Source: a virus
Length of the DNA stretch: 64,000 nucleotides
Direction: 5' to 3' (one strand)
Virus record (IMG/VR): IMGVR_UViG_3300042332_001447
Span: 31,774-95,773 of that record
In this document: positions 30,661 to 40,045 of the stretch, in pieces
How positions within the stretch are numbered: the stretch's first letter is position 1
Layout: each line of letters begins with the position of its first letter
Notes under the pieces: model-generated
What the model was told of the DNA's origin: nothing
What the model saw: only the letters and a program-made list of their open reading frames with translations
Database searches by the model: none
Translations under genes and position numbers: made by a program

Positions 30661-32454
30661 TTAAGCTACTGCAAAATTAGATCTAACTGCTCGAATAGGG
30701 TCAAAGTTGTTACTAGCTATTTGAGACATTGAAGGAGAATTGTTTTGGGCTTGTTGCTGAGGTATAATAAGAGGTTGTATAGAGGGTGTTTTAGAGTTAC
30801 CTAATGCCCCTGCAAGCTTTAGAATAGCCTGTGTCAGATTTGCAATTTGACTATTGGTATTATTTGTGTTAGCTGCAATTGTTTCTAGTATTGCTGAAGA
30901 TTTATCTGTTACTGGTTTAGCGGGTTCCTGAATTGGTGTGAATTTTTGTGCTGGCGTATCAGCTGGTAAGACCGTAGGCGGTGTAGGTGAAATACTAGGT
31001 ACATCTTCAGTCATATTATTTACTTTAGAAACTTCAGGAGATACAGTCTCATTATTAGCGTTATATGCGTCTCGTCCAGCTATTAAAGCATCTAAGCCAA
31101 ATGACGCTGCAGTACCGTAGCCTGGTATAGTACTTGCTGCTCCTGAAGCAAACTCCAGGCCTGCTCCTGCCCAGTCGCCACTTAATGCTCTTTGTGCACC
31201 AGCACCTATTCCAGCAACCAAGCCAACACCCGGTATTTTTTTAAGTAAGGATTTACCTAATGCTTTGGCGCCTACTTTAGCAGTTTCTTTACCAGCAACT
31301 TCTGTACCTGCTTTAACAACCTCTTTATCCATTACTTCTTTTCCAACTGACTTAGTACTAGTCTCTAAAACTTCTTTTGCTCCAACTTTAGTACTTTCTT
31401 TACTAACAGGTTTTGCTTCAGTTTCTAATGCTTCTTTTGTTTCGGTTTTAACTTTCTTTTTATTAGCTGTCTTTGCTTCCGGCTCTGAACCTTCTTTTTT
31501 CACCGGCTTAACATTCTCTTTCTTAGAGGGAGCTGTAGATGTTTTCTTACTAGACGGTTCTTTTGTGGTTGGTCTCGTAGAACTAGGTTTACCTGGTGCA
31601 GGTATCTTAGATTTAAATAAATCTTTTAAATACTTAATACCCACTAGTGTACCTAATATACCTGAGCCTGAACCTGAGCCTTCTTCTTCATTACTTGTTT
31701 TTTTAGCTGCTGTTAAGGATGATCCTACAGCTTTTGATAAACCACTTTCAATTGCAGTTTGTATGTTCTTAAAAACATCGGGGGATATTTTATCTATAGA
31801 TACGCTTTGAATTGATTCTTCATCTTTAATTAAATCTAACTGCTGTTCATTAGATTCGTTATCATTAACTTTAGAGCGTAGCGCTTCGAGTTTATCGTTA
31901 TCTACTTGTACTTCTTCAAGTTTTTTAGAATATTTTTCAAAAGGTTTAAATAATTCTTGCATAATACCTTTTGCATTATCCAGAGGGGTTTTACTCGTAG
32001 CAGATTCTTTTAATTTATTAAAATATGATGTTTTTTCACCATTTGCTGTCTCTCTTTGTTTGAGAAGAGCTTGTGTGATACCTATTAAACCTTTATCTTT
32101 TTCTTTTAAAAGTTGCTGAAAGATATTTTTTGGCTGCTTGTCACTTGATGTAAACTCAACAGGACGTTCTTCAAGAAATTTATTTGATTTTTCTTTAGCA
32201 GGTTCATATTGAGAAACAGCTTCTTCTTTATTTTTTTTAACTTGTTTTTTAGAAATTGCGTTAAAAACATTCTCAACTACACCGCCTTGGGTAGCTGGTT
32301 TTTCGTTTAACTGACCGTACTTTGCATTTATATCCTTAGCTATACTACCAATAAATTTCTGCACTAACTTATTATCTACATCATAAGTAGATAGAACTTC
32401 CATTACAAAGCTATGAAGTTCTTTTTTAGTCTTTTTTGTTAAAGTAGCTGCCAC
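30661..32454 (-). CDS. tape-measure / gp29-like hub protein
   Basis: Lys-rich helical region plus KSLLKKIPGVGLVAG...GDWAGAGLEFASGAASTIPG Gly/Ala membrane-like segment. Confidence 0.55.
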   Translation of the reverse strand: MAATLTKKTKKELHSFVMEVLSTYDVDNKLVQKFIGSIAKDINAKYGQLNEKPATQGGVVENVFNAISKKQVKKNKEEAVSQYEPAKEKSNKFLEERPVEFTSSDKQPKNIFQQLLKEKDKGLIGITQALLKQRETANGEKTSYFNKLKESATSKTPLDNAKGIMQELFKPFEKYSKKLEEVQVDNDKLEALRSKVNDNESNEQQLDLIKDEESIQSVSIDKISPDVFKNIQTAIESGLSKAVGSSLTAAKKTSNEEEGSGSGSGILGTLVGIKYLKDLFKSKIPAPGKPSSTRPTTKEPSSKKTSTAPSKKENVKPVKKEGSEPEAKTANKKKVKTETKEALETEAKPVSKESTKVGAKEVLETSTKSVGKEVMDKEVVKAGTEVAGKETAKVGAKALGKSLLKKIPGVGLVAGIGAGAQRALSGDWAGAGLEFASGAASTIPGYGTAASFGLDALIAGRDAYNANNETVSPEVSKVNNMTEDVPSISPTPPTVLPADTPAQKFTPIQEPAKPVTDKSSAILETIAANTNNTNSQIANLTQAILKLAGALGNSKTPSIQPLIIPQQQAQNNSPSMSQIASNNFDPIRAVRSNFAVA

Positions 32455-32499
32455 ATGATTATTTAATCATGAAACGGGAGATGATTTAACTTTTAATTT

Positions 32500-33324
32500 T
32501 CAAAAGTTAAAAAGAGCTCCTGTGAGCGGTAATTCTTTTGAAAGAATAGCGTGTTTTTCATCACAAACACCGTCATTATTTATAAAAACAGTGGTTAATG
32601 AATTTAAAGGCTGTTTAATTTTTTCTATACTTTTGATAACATCATTAATAACACTAGATGGTATTTGTTTTATTAACTGCAATCTTTCCTCAACAACAAG
32701 TTTATTTGTAGATATACGTTTATCTTTAAATGAGATTACCTGTATATATTTTGTTATTTCTTTTAAAAAGAAATTTTCAACAGTCTTCTCTGGAGACTGA
32801 GTGTTTTCTAATGCTTGAAAGTATTCTTCGAGAAGAACTTCTGTAAATATAGTAGGTATAGAGCACAGTACGTTAATTTCATTACTATTTACAGATAGAG
32901 GTGGTAATGGTAGTAAGTTTTTACAATTTTTCTCAAAATGTTCTGTAAAAGAAACTTCTACTTTATTGGTTTTAAGTTCGTATGTTTCTATCTCTTCTGC
33001 TGTAAAATAAAATGTGTACATATCTGATACACTTACTTGTTTTGTTTTTAATACTAAATAACCGATATCGAACATTGATAGAGCTTTTAAATCGATATCT
33101 GGTGTTAAATTATTTTCATGAATAATAGTTAAAAATGATTTATAAAACTCTGCACTCGTATTACTTGTGTCAACTGTATAGGCTGCTAATATTTTATTAA
33201 ATTGTTCTGTATTTAACTGTTTTAACTGCAAGCTTTGCTGGGCGTGCGGCAAGAAAACATCATATGTTGAATTTTCTGAAAACTGTGTTAAAGCGTTTAA
33301 AAATTCTGAAAATTCTGTATCCAT
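32500..33324 (-). CDS. baseplate hub assembly protein, gp26-like
   Basis: gene position and gp26-like layout; TATAAATA at 33334-33341. Confidence 0.5.
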   Translation of the reverse strand: MDTEFSEFLNALTQFSENSTYDVFLPHAQQSLQLKQLNTEQFNKILAAYTVDTSNTSAEFYKSFLTIIHENNLTPDIDLKALSMFDIGYLVLKTKQVSVSDMYTFYFTAEEIETYELKTNKVEVSFTEHFEKNCKNLLPLPPLSVNSNEINVLCSIPTIFTEVLLEEYFQALENTQSPEKTVENFFLKEITKYIQVISFKDKRISTNKLVVEERLQLIKQIPSSVINDVIKSIEKIKQPLNSLTTVFINNDGVCDEKHAILSKELPLTGALFNF

Positions 33325-33366
33325 ATATTAAACTATTTATACTTGTAACTTAAAAACTCAATGGAG

Positions 33367-34245
33367 TTATAACTGCATTATTGAAGCTTCGTTTGTTTCA
33401 TTAGCTTTTTCAGTTACAAACGTTTTTTCAAGTTGTTTCATAAAAATATTATATTCCCCGGGTGTACAATTTTCTATATAATCTGCTGATATATTGCTAT
33501 GCTTGGACAGCATAAAAATATTTTCATATATTGCTGTTATATCTTCACTAAAAATAATTTTAAAAAGAGATATTATATATTCTGGGGTTATGTTGATAGG
33601 TATTTTTACTCTTTTATCTATTTTAAGATACTCTAATAAATTAACTGGTTCAAGTTTCTTTTTAACAGCATTAAATCTTTCTCTGACACCTAGCGCGGCT
33701 TTTATAGGTAGCTTGTTAAAAACTTCTATTTTTTTCTCATACGATATTTTATTGTAATCTATTTTTCTATGATCGCCTATAATAACACTCTCAATTACAG
33801 AGCAGGGTAAGTACGTAGGAGGTAAACAAAATATATCTTTTAAGACAGGTATTTTAAAGTTAATTGTTATGTCTTTAGTAATATATGCAGTTTGTAGTTC
33901 TTTAAAGTTTAATTTATCAATTGTTTCTGCGAAAAATAAGAGATTTGCCTGAATATTGGTTTGCTTATCATTTACCGTTGCAATAAGATCTACAATATTA
34001 GGGGAACTTAAGCACTTTATTTGAATTAATAGGCAAATAAAATCTAAAAAATTTAAAGATTCTACTCGTTCAAGCTGTAAGTCTGTTTTATTTGCTACAA
34101 AAGAATTAATGTTATCAATAAAATCTGAAGGAGCACTTTCACATAATAATAAATTTTTAAGTATAAACTTTAAATCTCTTACAGAGTATTCAGCAATCAT
34201 AACATTTTTATCTTTAATGTTAATTTTTACACCAAAAGTATTCAT
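33367..34245 (-). CDS. gp26-like protein with C-terminal gp51-like hub assembly chaperone motif
   Basis: IYENIFMLSKHSNISADYIENCTPGEYNIFMKQL. Confidence 0.55.
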   Translation of the reverse strand: MNTFGVKINIKDKNVMIAEYSVRDLKFILKNLLLCESAPSDFIDNINSFVANKTDLQLERVESLNFLDFICLLIQIKCLSSPNIVDLIATVNDKQTNIQANLLFFAETIDKLNFKELQTAYITKDITINFKIPVLKDIFCLPPTYLPCSVIESVIIGDHRKIDYNKISYEKKIEVFNKLPIKAALGVRERFNAVKKKLEPVNLLEYLKIDKRVKIPINITPEYIISLFKIIFSEDITAIYENIFMLSKHSNISADYIENCTPGEYNIFMKQLEKTFVTEKANETNEASIMQL

Positions 34246-34540
34246 AATGATGGCGGAGTAGATGCTTTGTTAATCTGTTCTTTACTCGTTTCCTTTGTTT
34301 GAGGAGCTTTATTTACCAGGGTCTGTTTGAGAATATTATTTACATTTTCTGCTGCTTTTGTATTTCCGTACATAATTGCATTAGCGTTATAATTTTCTAC
34401 AATCGACTGTCTTTGATTATCGTTTAAATTTTTCCACAATTCAGGCTTAACGCCTCGAGGTAACATGGTTGAGGTAGATCTACCTATAGTTATATTATCA
34501 TTCAGCGTTTCTTTTAGTTGTTTGTTTTGTAATTCTTTGA
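34242..34540 (-). pseudogene. detached 3' part of the tail-tube-like gene 34891..35649
   Basis: the frame KELQNKQLKETLNDNITIGRSTST-MLPRG... is open up to the element boundary and fuses in frame when 34541-34907 is removed. Confidence 0.75.
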
Positions 34541-34700
34541 GTGAACTACCGAACGACTAAAGATCGTTCGGCTTCAGAACATAAATGTTCTTTCTTTTTA
34601 GACACTTCATAGCCGCTGCTTTTAAATGAATTTAAAAGTCTTATGTCAGCTCCATGCCTGTAATCGACAGTTCCTGCCGATGAACATCCATAGTATGTTC
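34541..34700 (-). ncRNA. TnpB omegaRNA (reRNA)-like scaffold; predicted guide is the flank 34540-34521
   Basis: multi-hairpin right-end sequence that translates as a tnpB-like tail (SAGTVDYRHG); conserved in the second copy; 5' boundary approximate. Confidence 0.6.
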
Positions 34701-34907
34701 TTTTTGCCTTTGATATACTTGGTATCAGCATCCAAAAGGAAGACGGAGTCTTCCTTGCTACGCCACTGAAAGGTCTTTTCATTATTTGTTTTAGATCTGT
34801 TTCCATTGAAGGGGTCTGTTTATATTTATCTCTTTTATTTATCTTTTGCAAGGCTGAGTTTCATCTGAGTGACTAAAGATCACTCGGCTTTCACTCAGTC
34901 CTGAAAT
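34541..34907 (-). mobile_element. 367-bp non-autonomous IS200/IS605-family element
   Basis: inserted 3' of TTAC; left end AAAG + hairpin CCGAGTGATCTTTAGTCACTCAG; right end GAAG + hairpin CCGAACGATCTTTAGTCGTTCGG-TAG-TTCAC; precise removal restores a reading frame. Confidence 0.85.
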
Positions 34908-35649
34908 GTAAAGCTTTATTGTTTTTGTATAACTGTAAAAGTTTGTTATCCGTAAAGGTGTCAAGAGTGTAGTAATGATATAAAAAACTTACACCTCTTG
35001 TATCAGATCTAATACCTGCTGAATAATTCCACTCCTCAGAGTCAATCTCAATAGGACATGCACCCCAAAACGTATAGTGCTGAGTAACAGTTGGAGGCTC
35101 TTCTGCTGATGTTACACCGAGCTTCCATATAGAAAAATTACATCTATAATTTTCATCTCCCTTTCTAGCTATTAAACCAAGTCTACTAGTAGCTATTACC
35201 CATGCTCTTAACGTATTATCAACAAAACTGATATTAGTATCTAAAAACTGCATCTTCATTGCCGGGTAAACGTCTCTACCCCCGCCAACATAAGAACGTA
35301 AAAACCCGTTCATTTGATCACCTACAGGGTTAACCGTAGTGCTTTCTCCTGGCATTTGTACGGCTTGGACAAACACACATCCTTTACGGGTTTGATAGGT
35401 TTCGTCAACTGTTGCGTTCACACAATCATCTATAACCCATTTACCAGGTTGGGTTGTAGTACCGTATGTTTTTATAGCCTTAACAGGTATAACATCACTT
35501 TTTGCATCAACAGTCTGACCGTTATAGAGTCCTTCAAACTGCAACATCCATTGCGCGCCTTTCGGTATACTACCAGCAGGACTTGCAAGAACTTCATTAA
35601 GAAAATATGGTACTCTACCTGAAAATGGTGTTGCTTGGAACGTAGACAT
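34891..35649 (-). CDS. tail-tube-fold baseplate protein (gp54-like), truncated at the C-terminus by the IS mini-element
   Basis: VQAVQMPGES, F.DTN..F....LRAW, YTFWGACPIEI tube-fold motifs; stop codon is supplied by the element. Confidence 0.65.
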   Translation of the reverse strand: MSTFQATPFSGRVPYFLNEVLASPAGSIPKGAQWMLQFEGLYNGQTVDAKSDVIPVKAIKTYGTTTQPGKWVIDDCVNATVDETYQTRKGCVFVQAVQMPGESTTVNPVGDQMNGFLRSYVGGGRDVYPAMKMQFLDTNISFVDNTLRAWVIATSRLGLIARKGDENYRCNFSIWKLGVTSAEEPPTVTQHYTFWGACPIEIDSEEWNYSAGIRSDTRGVSFLYHYYTLDTFTDNKLLQLYKNNKALHFRTE

Positions 35650-35700
35650 GTTATTTATATTTAAGACTACGTAATATGTACCGCACGGGTAAAGTTACCT

Positions 35701-36282
35701 TTAAAACGGGAACATATTTTTTAACATAGACTTCCAACTAGAGCTTGAACCATTCTGTGTTACTTCCCAATACTGGTACGCCATAGTACACTCTATTTTA
35801 ACGACAGAGCCGTTATCTCCTATATCGTACGTAGCTTGCCCGATGTTGGTTAAATACGCACCGACTAAACGATATTGTCTTATAGGGGCTGCGTTAATGT
35901 CTTTCCCAAGCAGATTAATTACTATACTTTGAGACGCTGGTGGGGTTTTGTATGCTCCTCCTGAAATAGATTCATCAAACACGTTGAATGAAGCGTCTTC
36001 AAGTATCGAGCGTAATTTATACTCTTGATCACATCTGAAGGTAATAGACCAGCTATCAGAATTTGGATAACTAGCTGTACCAGGTACGTTAAACTGAAGA
36101 CCCATAAAAGGTACAGGAATATTAGCTATAGAACGACCAGGGAGAGTTGCTGATTCCATATATACAAGTATATCTGGATCAATTAATGAGCCGAGCTGTT
36201 CGACTCTGTACTGAAACGCTCTTGCGAAATCTTGCTTTTGGGCAGCTGAATAAAATTGTGTTATACCTTGTGGAGTAGCCAT
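35701..36282 (-). CDS. gp19: tail tube protein gp19
   Basis: ARAFQY, SATLPGRSIANIPVPFMG...PG, WSITF, Y.LVGAY..NIG, AYQYW. Confidence 0.88.
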   Translation of the reverse strand: MATPQGITQFYSAAQKQDFARAFQYRVEQLGSLIDPDILVYMESATLPGRSIANIPVPFMGLQFNVPGTASYPNSDSWSITFRCDQEYKLRSILEDASFNVFDESISGGAYKTPPASQSIVINLLGKDINAAPIRQYRLVGAYLTNIGQATYDIGDNGSVVKIECTMAYQYWEVTQNGSSSSWKSMLKNMFPF

Positions 36283-36287
36283 ATTAT

Positions 36288-36295
36288 TATTTATT
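36288..36295 (-). promoter_or_regulatory. late promoter AATAAATA
   Basis: 5 nt upstream of the gp19 ATG. Confidence 0.6.
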
Positions 36296-36337
36296 CAGTC
36301 AATTGTATTTTTTTATTGAAAGTTACAAATATATTTT

Positions 36338-38104
36338 TTACGGAGTATATGTATATACAAAGCTTCCGCAGTCGTATATTTTTCTGTAACCGTTATTATA
36401 CATAATTTGTGTCTCTGTAAGATGTTTGCTAGATTCATCGCATATTTTATGTTTTTGAAACTTAACCCTGTGAAAAAGATTTACTGTATCATTGGTGTAC
36501 CAGTAGTTCGGTGAACTACAATGAGATAATGTAAAGCCTAGTGTGCTATATAAATTACCGTTTGAGTATCTTCTATCAGCATAAGATATGACTTTTTTAG
36601 GTGTATATGTCTTTATAAAAAATTGAAACAGCTTCGATGCACCTCCAACAGTTATCGTATTCAAAGTATTACAAAAACGCAAAAGTTCCATTTCTGGTGC
36701 TTTTGATGTAATTTTTCTAGCGCCAAATGTCATAACAGCTACGAGTTCATCTTTATAATAAAGACCTAAATTTATTTTTGACGCACAATCTCCTTGGATA
36801 TGGTTAGTTACAAGAAATTGTTCTTTAGTGAAATTATCGAGAGCTTTTATATGGCAATTTCTTGCGTATATTTTTCTATCAATAACGCCTAATTTACTTT
36901 TAATAACAGATTCTACAATAGGTCTTTTATCTAACCATTCATTTTCAAAAACATGTATTAGCTGTATATTTTTTTCAAGACATAGCACGGTTTTATTTAA
37001 GTGGCTCTTTTTATTTACACTTTCGAGATACGAGTTGTTGGGGTATGTAGTACCAAAACTATGCCATAAAATACCGTTATATTCAATAGCTAATTGTTTT
37101 TGAGGTACTAAAATATCTAATTCTTTTCCGTTTAAAGTGGTAGTATCGTTCTCAATAATATTGAAACCTAAACTTTCTATAAATGCACATATTACTTTTT
37201 CTTCCCTTGATATCCCTTTATCTCCATAGCACCCCGAGCAATAAATATCTTTCCACCTAGCATTTGTGAGTGTTTTTTTGTGAACTTTTTTACATACATT
37301 GCACTGTAATGTAAAAGTGGTGTTTTTTAAACAACTAATATCTTCACTTAAAACAGTGAAATTTTGTTGTTCTATATTTTCAATAATGTTTTTGGTGAGT
37401 TGTTTTATTCTTTCTTTGTTACTACTATTTTTTCTATAACCGGTTATAAAATTATTAAAAACAGCTTTTTGCCCATTGTTGCTTGAACATAAAGGAGGTT
37501 CTATTTTATACTTTAATAAATAAAACCTCTCGCTCCAATTTACATCTTTCAGGTCTTCAAATTTAAGTAAGTAATGCTCTGTATAATGTAAAAGCGAGCA
37601 CAAAATATCACTATGTGCGGTTTTATCTTTTACGTTAATAAAATTCGATAATCTCCCAGTATCCGTATCACGGATTTTCTTATCAACAAACTCTTCTACA
37701 ATCTCTCTTGAAAGTAACGTGTAATGCGAGCTTCTATAGCGACAGAGTAGTTTTTTATTAATATCTTTAATATTTTCTTTCTTATTAAACGATATTTTTT
37801 TATTTCTTTCTTTGAAGTTTATAACATGTTTACTGTTTTCTCTACCGCTTACAAAAGCATATCTTTTTACGCTCGGTAAAAATTTTAAAGGTTGCTTTGT
37901 AACCTCACATATAGGTAGATGTGTTATATTTTCTCGAATACAAAATACTCTCTCTGAAATTGATCTATCTGCAGGGAGAAAGCTAGTAGCATCTAATATA
38001 TCTCTATATAGCTTAGATGCTCTAAACCACTCTCTACGAATTAGAGCGGTATTTACTTTACCAGTTTTTGTTAAAATACAACGCTTAATATCATCTAAAA
38101 GCAT
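36338..38104 (-). CDS. Hef-like homing endonuclease (Vsr/DUF559-like nuclease plus Mom/GNAT-like C-terminal domain)
   Basis: SREE...ELDILVP..LAIEYNGILWHS; IYARNC...NHIQG...ELLRFC...GGASKL..SYADRRYS; CxxC...CxxC zinc motif. Confidence 0.75.
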   Translation of the reverse strand: MLLDDIKRCILTKTGKVNTALIRREWFRASKLYRDILDATSFLPADRSISERVFCIRENITHLPICEVTKQPLKFLPSVKRYAFVSGRENSKHVINFKERNKKISFNKKENIKDINKKLLCRYRSSHYTLLSREIVEEFVDKKIRDTDTGRLSNFINVKDKTAHSDILCSLLHYTEHYLLKFEDLKDVNWSERFYLLKYKIEPPLCSSNNGQKAVFNNFITGYRKNSSNKERIKQLTKNIIENIEQQNFTVLSEDISCLKNTTFTLQCNVCKKVHKKTLTNARWKDIYCSGCYGDKGISREEKVICAFIESLGFNIIENDTTTLNGKELDILVPQKQLAIEYNGILWHSFGTTYPNNSYLESVNKKSHLNKTVLCLEKNIQLIHVFENEWLDKRPIVESVIKSKLGVIDRKIYARNCHIKALDNFTKEQFLVTNHIQGDCASKINLGLYYKDELVAVMTFGARKITSKAPEMELLRFCNTLNTITVGGASKLFQFFIKTYTPKKVISYADRRYSNGNLYSTLGFTLSHCSSPNYWYTNDTVNLFHRVKFQKHKICDESSKHLTETQIMYNNGYRKIYDCGSFVYTYTP

Positions 38105-38124
38105 ACGATTAATTAATCGTATGC
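38101..38124. repeat. perfect 24-bp palindrome GCATACGATTAATTAATCGTATGC over the endonuclease start codon
   Basis: read directly from the sequence. Confidence 0.9.
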
Positions 38125-38150
38125 GATTAAATTTTCAAGAAGCTTTTATA

Positions 38151-38158
38151 TATAAATA
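38151..38158 (+). promoter_or_regulatory. late promoter TATAAATA
   Basis: exact motif upstream of the 38186 ORF. Confidence 0.55.
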
Positions 38159-38185
38159 TAAAGGACTGTATAATTAAAACTACAT

Positions 38186-40045
38186 ATGGATATAGTTTTA
38201 TGTAGCTTACAAAATAAAGAGCTTATTTTAAGTTTAAGACTTCAACACCCTAAGCATTACGTTAAGTTTATAAAAATGAAACATCAAGTATTATGGAGAG
38301 ATGCGTTATGCTATAATCAAGTGCTCTTTAAAGATACAGACATGTTCACTGCTCCTCATATATTATACAATTGGATATTTAATATACAAATAATACCGCT
38401 CTGCCCAGTTAAGCAGACACCGTTAAAATTCCACGACAGGTTATTTGAATATAGAAAATTTAGCGGCCGTGGGATATTCACTGAAGAGTTTGTTGCATCT
38501 AGAATGAAAACAAGAACAAGGTTTCCAAATTTTAAAGAAAGATTTAAAGCAAAAAGAGAAGAGTATAGCTGGGATGATGAGTATAAGGAGATCGCGAAAA
38601 AAACAATCACTACGCTTTTGCACGAGAAGAATGATAATATAGGTGGCGTATGTGCAATTATAAAAACGACAAAAAATGCAAAGCTTTATTTTTTCTTAAC
38701 AGAAACATATTTCGACGCCAATACTCTTACGGAGTGTATTTACAGGCTTGTGAATGATATTGAAAAACTTCCTTTGTGTCAATATACACAAAAACCTCTA
38801 AAGTTCATAAATTTCAATAAAGGCTATAAATCATATGACGTAACTGCTGTTATTGAGTATAAAGCAAGCAGAAAGAAAGAGAGAATTGCTTTGGGTATTT
38901 TGCTTTCTAAAGAGGAGACACGTAAGAAGTTAAAGGAAATACTAGAGAGTTGCAAGGAAGCTGGAATGAGTGCTAGAAACTTAAAACAAACCGCACTATC
39001 ACACGACCCTAGCGTTGTGTACTCAGTATACGAACATACAAAAACACTTTCAACTCTCACAACTAGATGGGCTGAAAGAGCGTATACACTTCTGCATGAT
39101 TACGATCCATCTGAAAAGAGGCAGCGGTTTATTTCCTTTGAAGATGGTTATTGTGACACATTCACAAGTGTTAATAGTTCTCGAGGTGAGAACGAACTGG
39201 CTGATTGGCTGCAAAGTGTTTGTATTAATAGAGAGATAAGCAGACATGAGAGAATCTTGAATGGTATGGAGATTGATATACTCATTGAAAATAAAATAGG
39301 GTTTGAATATCACGGGGAGTATTTTCATAATTTTGAATTCAAAGGTAAAGATTATCATAAACAAAAAGCTGATTTAGCTCTTTTAAATAACGTAAAACTT
39401 ATTCAAGTCTTTGAAACTGAGTGGTACAATAAGAAAGATATTGTGAAGTCTATTCTATTATCTAAACTCGGTATCATACAACAGAAAATATACGCAAGAG
39501 AGTGCTCTGTGCAAGTATTGGATACAGATATTAAAAACAGTTTTCTACAGGAAAATCATATACAAGGTCAAGATAGAGCTTCGGTTAATTTAGGCCTTAT
39601 GCACAAGGGTAACTTAGTTGCCTGTATGACATTCGGTAGAGGTTACATGGAAAAAGATAATTCAACCGAGTTAGTGCGATTCTGTAATAAGCTCAATACT
39701 ATCGTTGTAGGTGGCGCAAGTAAATTACTTCAGTCATACATAAAGACATACAAACCTTCAAGTATTTTTACGTATGCAGACAGAAGATACTCAAACGATA
39801 GTTCGTTTTACGAGCAACTAGGCTTTACACGAACCGGTCAGACAGTGCCAAATTATTTTTACTTTAAGCCAGCTTTACCACAGTATATGAAGCTCCAGCA
39901 CCGTTATAATTTTGCAAAACATAATCTCAGTAAAAAACTTATGTATTTTGATTCAACACAAACAGAATATCAGAATATGAAAAATAACGGCTATTTTAAA
40001 ATATACGATGCAGGTAGCTACAAATATATTTTAGAGTTAAACTAG
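38186..40045 (+). CDS. second Hef-like homing endonuclease (paralogue of 36338..38104)
   Basis: SRGENEL...EIDILI..IGFEYHGEYFH; IYAREC...NHIQG...ELVRFC...GGASKL..TYADRRYS. Confidence 0.75.
   Translation: MDIVLCSLQNKELILSLRLQHPKHYVKFIKMKHQVLWRDALCYNQVLFKDTDMFTAPHILYNWIFNIQIIPLCPVKQTPLKFHDRLFEYRKFSGRGIFTEEFVASRMKTRTRFPNFKERFKAKREEYSWDDEYKEIAKKTITTLLHEKNDNIGGVCAIIKTTKNAKLYFFLTETYFDANTLTECIYRLVNDIEKLPLCQYTQKPLKFINFNKGYKSYDVTAVIEYKASRKKERIALGILLSKEETRKKLKEILESCKEAGMSARNLKQTALSHDPSVVYSVYEHTKTLSTLTTRWAERAYTLLHDYDPSEKRQRFISFEDGYCDTFTSVNSSRGENELADWLQSVCINREISRHERILNGMEIDILIENKIGFEYHGEYFHNFEFKGKDYHKQKADLALLNNVKLIQVFETEWYNKKDIVKSILLSKLGIIQQKIYARECSVQVLDTDIKNSFLQENHIQGQDRASVNLGLMHKGNLVACMTFGRGYMEKDNSTELVRFCNKLNTIVVGGASKLLQSYIKTYKPSSIFTYADRRYSNDSSFYEQLGFTRTGQTVPNYFYFKPALPQYMKLQHRYNFAKHNLSKKLMYFDSTQTEYQNMKNNGYFKIYDAGSYKYILELN

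Noticed and set aside
31265-31810. 181-aa plus-strand ORF
   Set aside because: Antisense to the low-complexity Lys/Glu/Thr region of the tape-measure-like gene
34546-34851. 101-aa ORF as a functional protein
   Set aside because: It lies wholly inside the IS mini-element and reads through RNA hairpins; no TnpA HUH or TnpB RuvC motifs
34541-34907. Element as a self-splicing group I intron or IStron
   Set aside because: It ends in TCAC rather than a terminal G, the upstream exon does not end in U, and I could not identify a group I core; RT-PCR would settle it
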